Notes under the pieces: model-generated
What the model saw: only the letters and a program-made list of their open reading frames with translations
What the model was told of the DNA's origin: nothing
The model's database searches: none
Assembly: GCA_902797455.1 (NCBI GenBank)
Contig: CADBTE010000237.1
Location: forward strand, 1 to 39,986
Source of the DNA: an uncultured Planctomycetota bacterium
Lineage (GTDB): Bacteria; Planctomycetota; Planctomycetia; Pirellulales; Thermoguttaceae
DNA length: 39,986 bases
Reading direction: 5' to 3'
Program-made: the position numbers and the translations under genes
Shown here: piece after piece, positions 38,757-39,986 of the stretch
How the letters are laid out: every line of letters starts with the position of its first letter
How positions within the stretch are numbered: the first letter of the stretch is position 1

Positions 38757-39986
38757 TTACTCTCCTTCAACCAGCAAATTATTGAACGGATAAATGGCGA
38801 ACCATCGGCTCGACCCCTCACCAAGGGAACGAACCGTCAGGACGGTTCCTGCCTTGCTGCGGAGCGATTCGGGAAGCGTCAGGCGGAAACGCCCAAAGGC
38901 GTCGCTGGGACTGCGGCGAAGGACCTCAAACTCCATGCGGGCTCCCTCACCCTCCCAGGCGAAACGATCCCCCTCCTCGGGAACCACGTCGAAGGTGAAC
39001 AGCTTCTTGCCGTTGGCCTCAAAGACAAATCCCTCGCTCGCCGGGGAAGAGGTAAACCCCAGTCCGCCGGCGAAGATGTAGGTCACCTCGCCGTCGGCGG
39101 GAGCAGGAGCGGTCCGCCACGAAAGGACGTTCTCCTTCGAGTTCTGACGGCAGACGATATTCGGGTCATTATCGCCGCGCCAGGTCTTCCAGGTCGTCTG
39201 TTCGTACTTTCCTTCCATCAGTCTGCGGAAACCGAGGACCGTCCCTTCGGGAACAGCGTCGGTTGTCGCCAGGTCGCCGGCTTTCATCACCGCCGGACCG
39301 CTCGGACCGGCGGCTGCCTGTTTCACAAGCGCGGCTAAGGTCGAATCGCTTTCGGGCTGGCCCTTCGCTTTGGAGTGGTTCAGTCCCGAGACCACCAAGG
39401 TTCCCTTCCCGACCGCGGCGTCGAAAACCACCGCCGTGTCCTGGACACGAACCAGACTCGGAAGGGCGCGAATCTGGACGTTCGGGCGAACGGGGAGTTT
39501 CTCCAAGTAGAACTTCACGGCCTTATCCAGGAGGGTATACCAATGCGGCTGGCACCAGTCGGCGGTCTCCAGATGTTCGGTGAAGGGGGTCTTGTAGACA
39601 AACGTCCCGACATGATTGGTGTGATCACTGTCGCCCCCCTTCCACCACGTTTGCTGATACTGAATCGACTCCGTGGGGAAAATCCCTCCGGAACCGAGCA
39701 GAACGACCCCCGCACCGGCGTCCAGCGCCTTGGTCAGACGCTCGTCGAGATAAGAGGTGACGTAGAGCGCGTCACTGGACAGTTCCCCTTCCAGCGGGAT
39801 GGGGGACATCCCGGCCTCGGGGAAGATGTTCAGAACATCCTCGTCGGCATAGACCGCGCGGCCGTCGATTTGCGACAGCGGAACAGACTTCGGGTAGAGC
39901 ATCGCGTGCCACAGGTTGCTCTGGATCGTCTCGCCGGCATCGTCTTGAAGCTCCAGGCGAATGGTCAACTCGCTCGGCTGATCGAC
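38757..39986 (-). CDS. Hypothetical protein, 5'-truncated by the window edge
   Basis: The frame stays open from the TTG at 39968 to the window end (upstream codons V-D-Q-P-S-E contain no stop). The coding-like composition is uniform. I did not recognise a family with confidence. Confidence 0.6.
   Translation of the reverse strand, partial: VDQPSELTIRLELQDDAGETIQSNLWHAMLYPKSVPLSQIDGRAVYADEDVLNIFPEAGMSPIPLEGELSSDALYVTSYLDERLTKALDAGAGVVLLGSGGIFPTESIQYQQTWWKGGDSDHTNHVGTFVYKTPFTEHLETADWCQPHWYTLLDKAVKFYLEKLPVRPNVQIRALPSLVRVQDTAVVFDAAVGKGTLVVSGLNHSKAKGQPESDSTLAALVKQAAAGPSGPAVMKAGDLATTDAVPEGTVLGFRRLMEGKYEQTTWKTWRGDNDPNIVCRQNSKENVLSWRTAPAPADGEVTYIFAGGLGFTSSPASEGFVFEANGKKLFTFDVVPEEGDRFAWEGEGARMEFEVLRRSPSDAFGRFRLTLPESLRSKAGTVLTVRSLGEGSSRWFAIYPFNNLLVEGE

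Noticed and set aside
36805-39338. Plus-strand ORFs 36805-37689 (294 aa) and 38490-39338 (282 aa)
   Set aside because: They are antisense to the polytopic O-antigen-ligase-like gene and the partial upstream gene, with R/G/P/K-rich shadow translations.
1-39986. CRISPR arrays, tRNA/rRNA genes, IS elements, integrases, prophage genes
   Set aside because: I found no regularly spaced direct repeats, no tRNA-like T-arm context in the few intergenic gaps (all under 500 nt), and no transposase- or integrase-like translations in the ORF track. The only repeats are intragenic protein-domain repeats.

Overview
GC-rich bacterial chromosomal segment. The protein repertoire points to the PVC group, most likely Planctomycetota: ThuA-like, DUF1570-like and Ycf48/BNR-like proteins, plus giant FG-GAP/VCBS/dockerin proteins with an N-terminal MEPLE-x-R-x-LL motif. 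Coding density is very high. I support 20 protein genes and saw no rRNA, tRNA, CRISPR array, IS or transposase. The flanks are housekeeping or ordinary: alpha/beta hydrolase, transglutaminase-like protein, HEAT-repeat protein, rpsA, umuC, a 1195-aa BNR-propeller/CBM9-like protein, ThuA-like protein, AddB-like PD-(D/E)XK nuclease, dnaB, a ZnuC-type ABC ATPase, a beta-CASP MBL nuclease, a sugar-phosphate isomerase and an O-antigen-ligase-like protein. The accessory core is about 19.3-35.1 kb. It holds two co-oriented giant adhesin-like genes (about 1180 aa and about 2967 aa). The last of them is followed, 33 nt after its stop, by a tightly packed three-gene cassette: an HprK-like P-loop kinase, a soluble Ser/His S26 (SipW/ER-type) peptidase, and a PqqD-like RiPP recognition element. 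The cassette has no cyclase, no radical-SAM enzyme and no visible precursor ORF. This cassette and its possible link to the shared leader-like N-termini or acidic C-tails of the giant proteins is my best candidate for an undescribed system. All functional calls come from by-eye motif recognition in the supplied translations. No database search was run.
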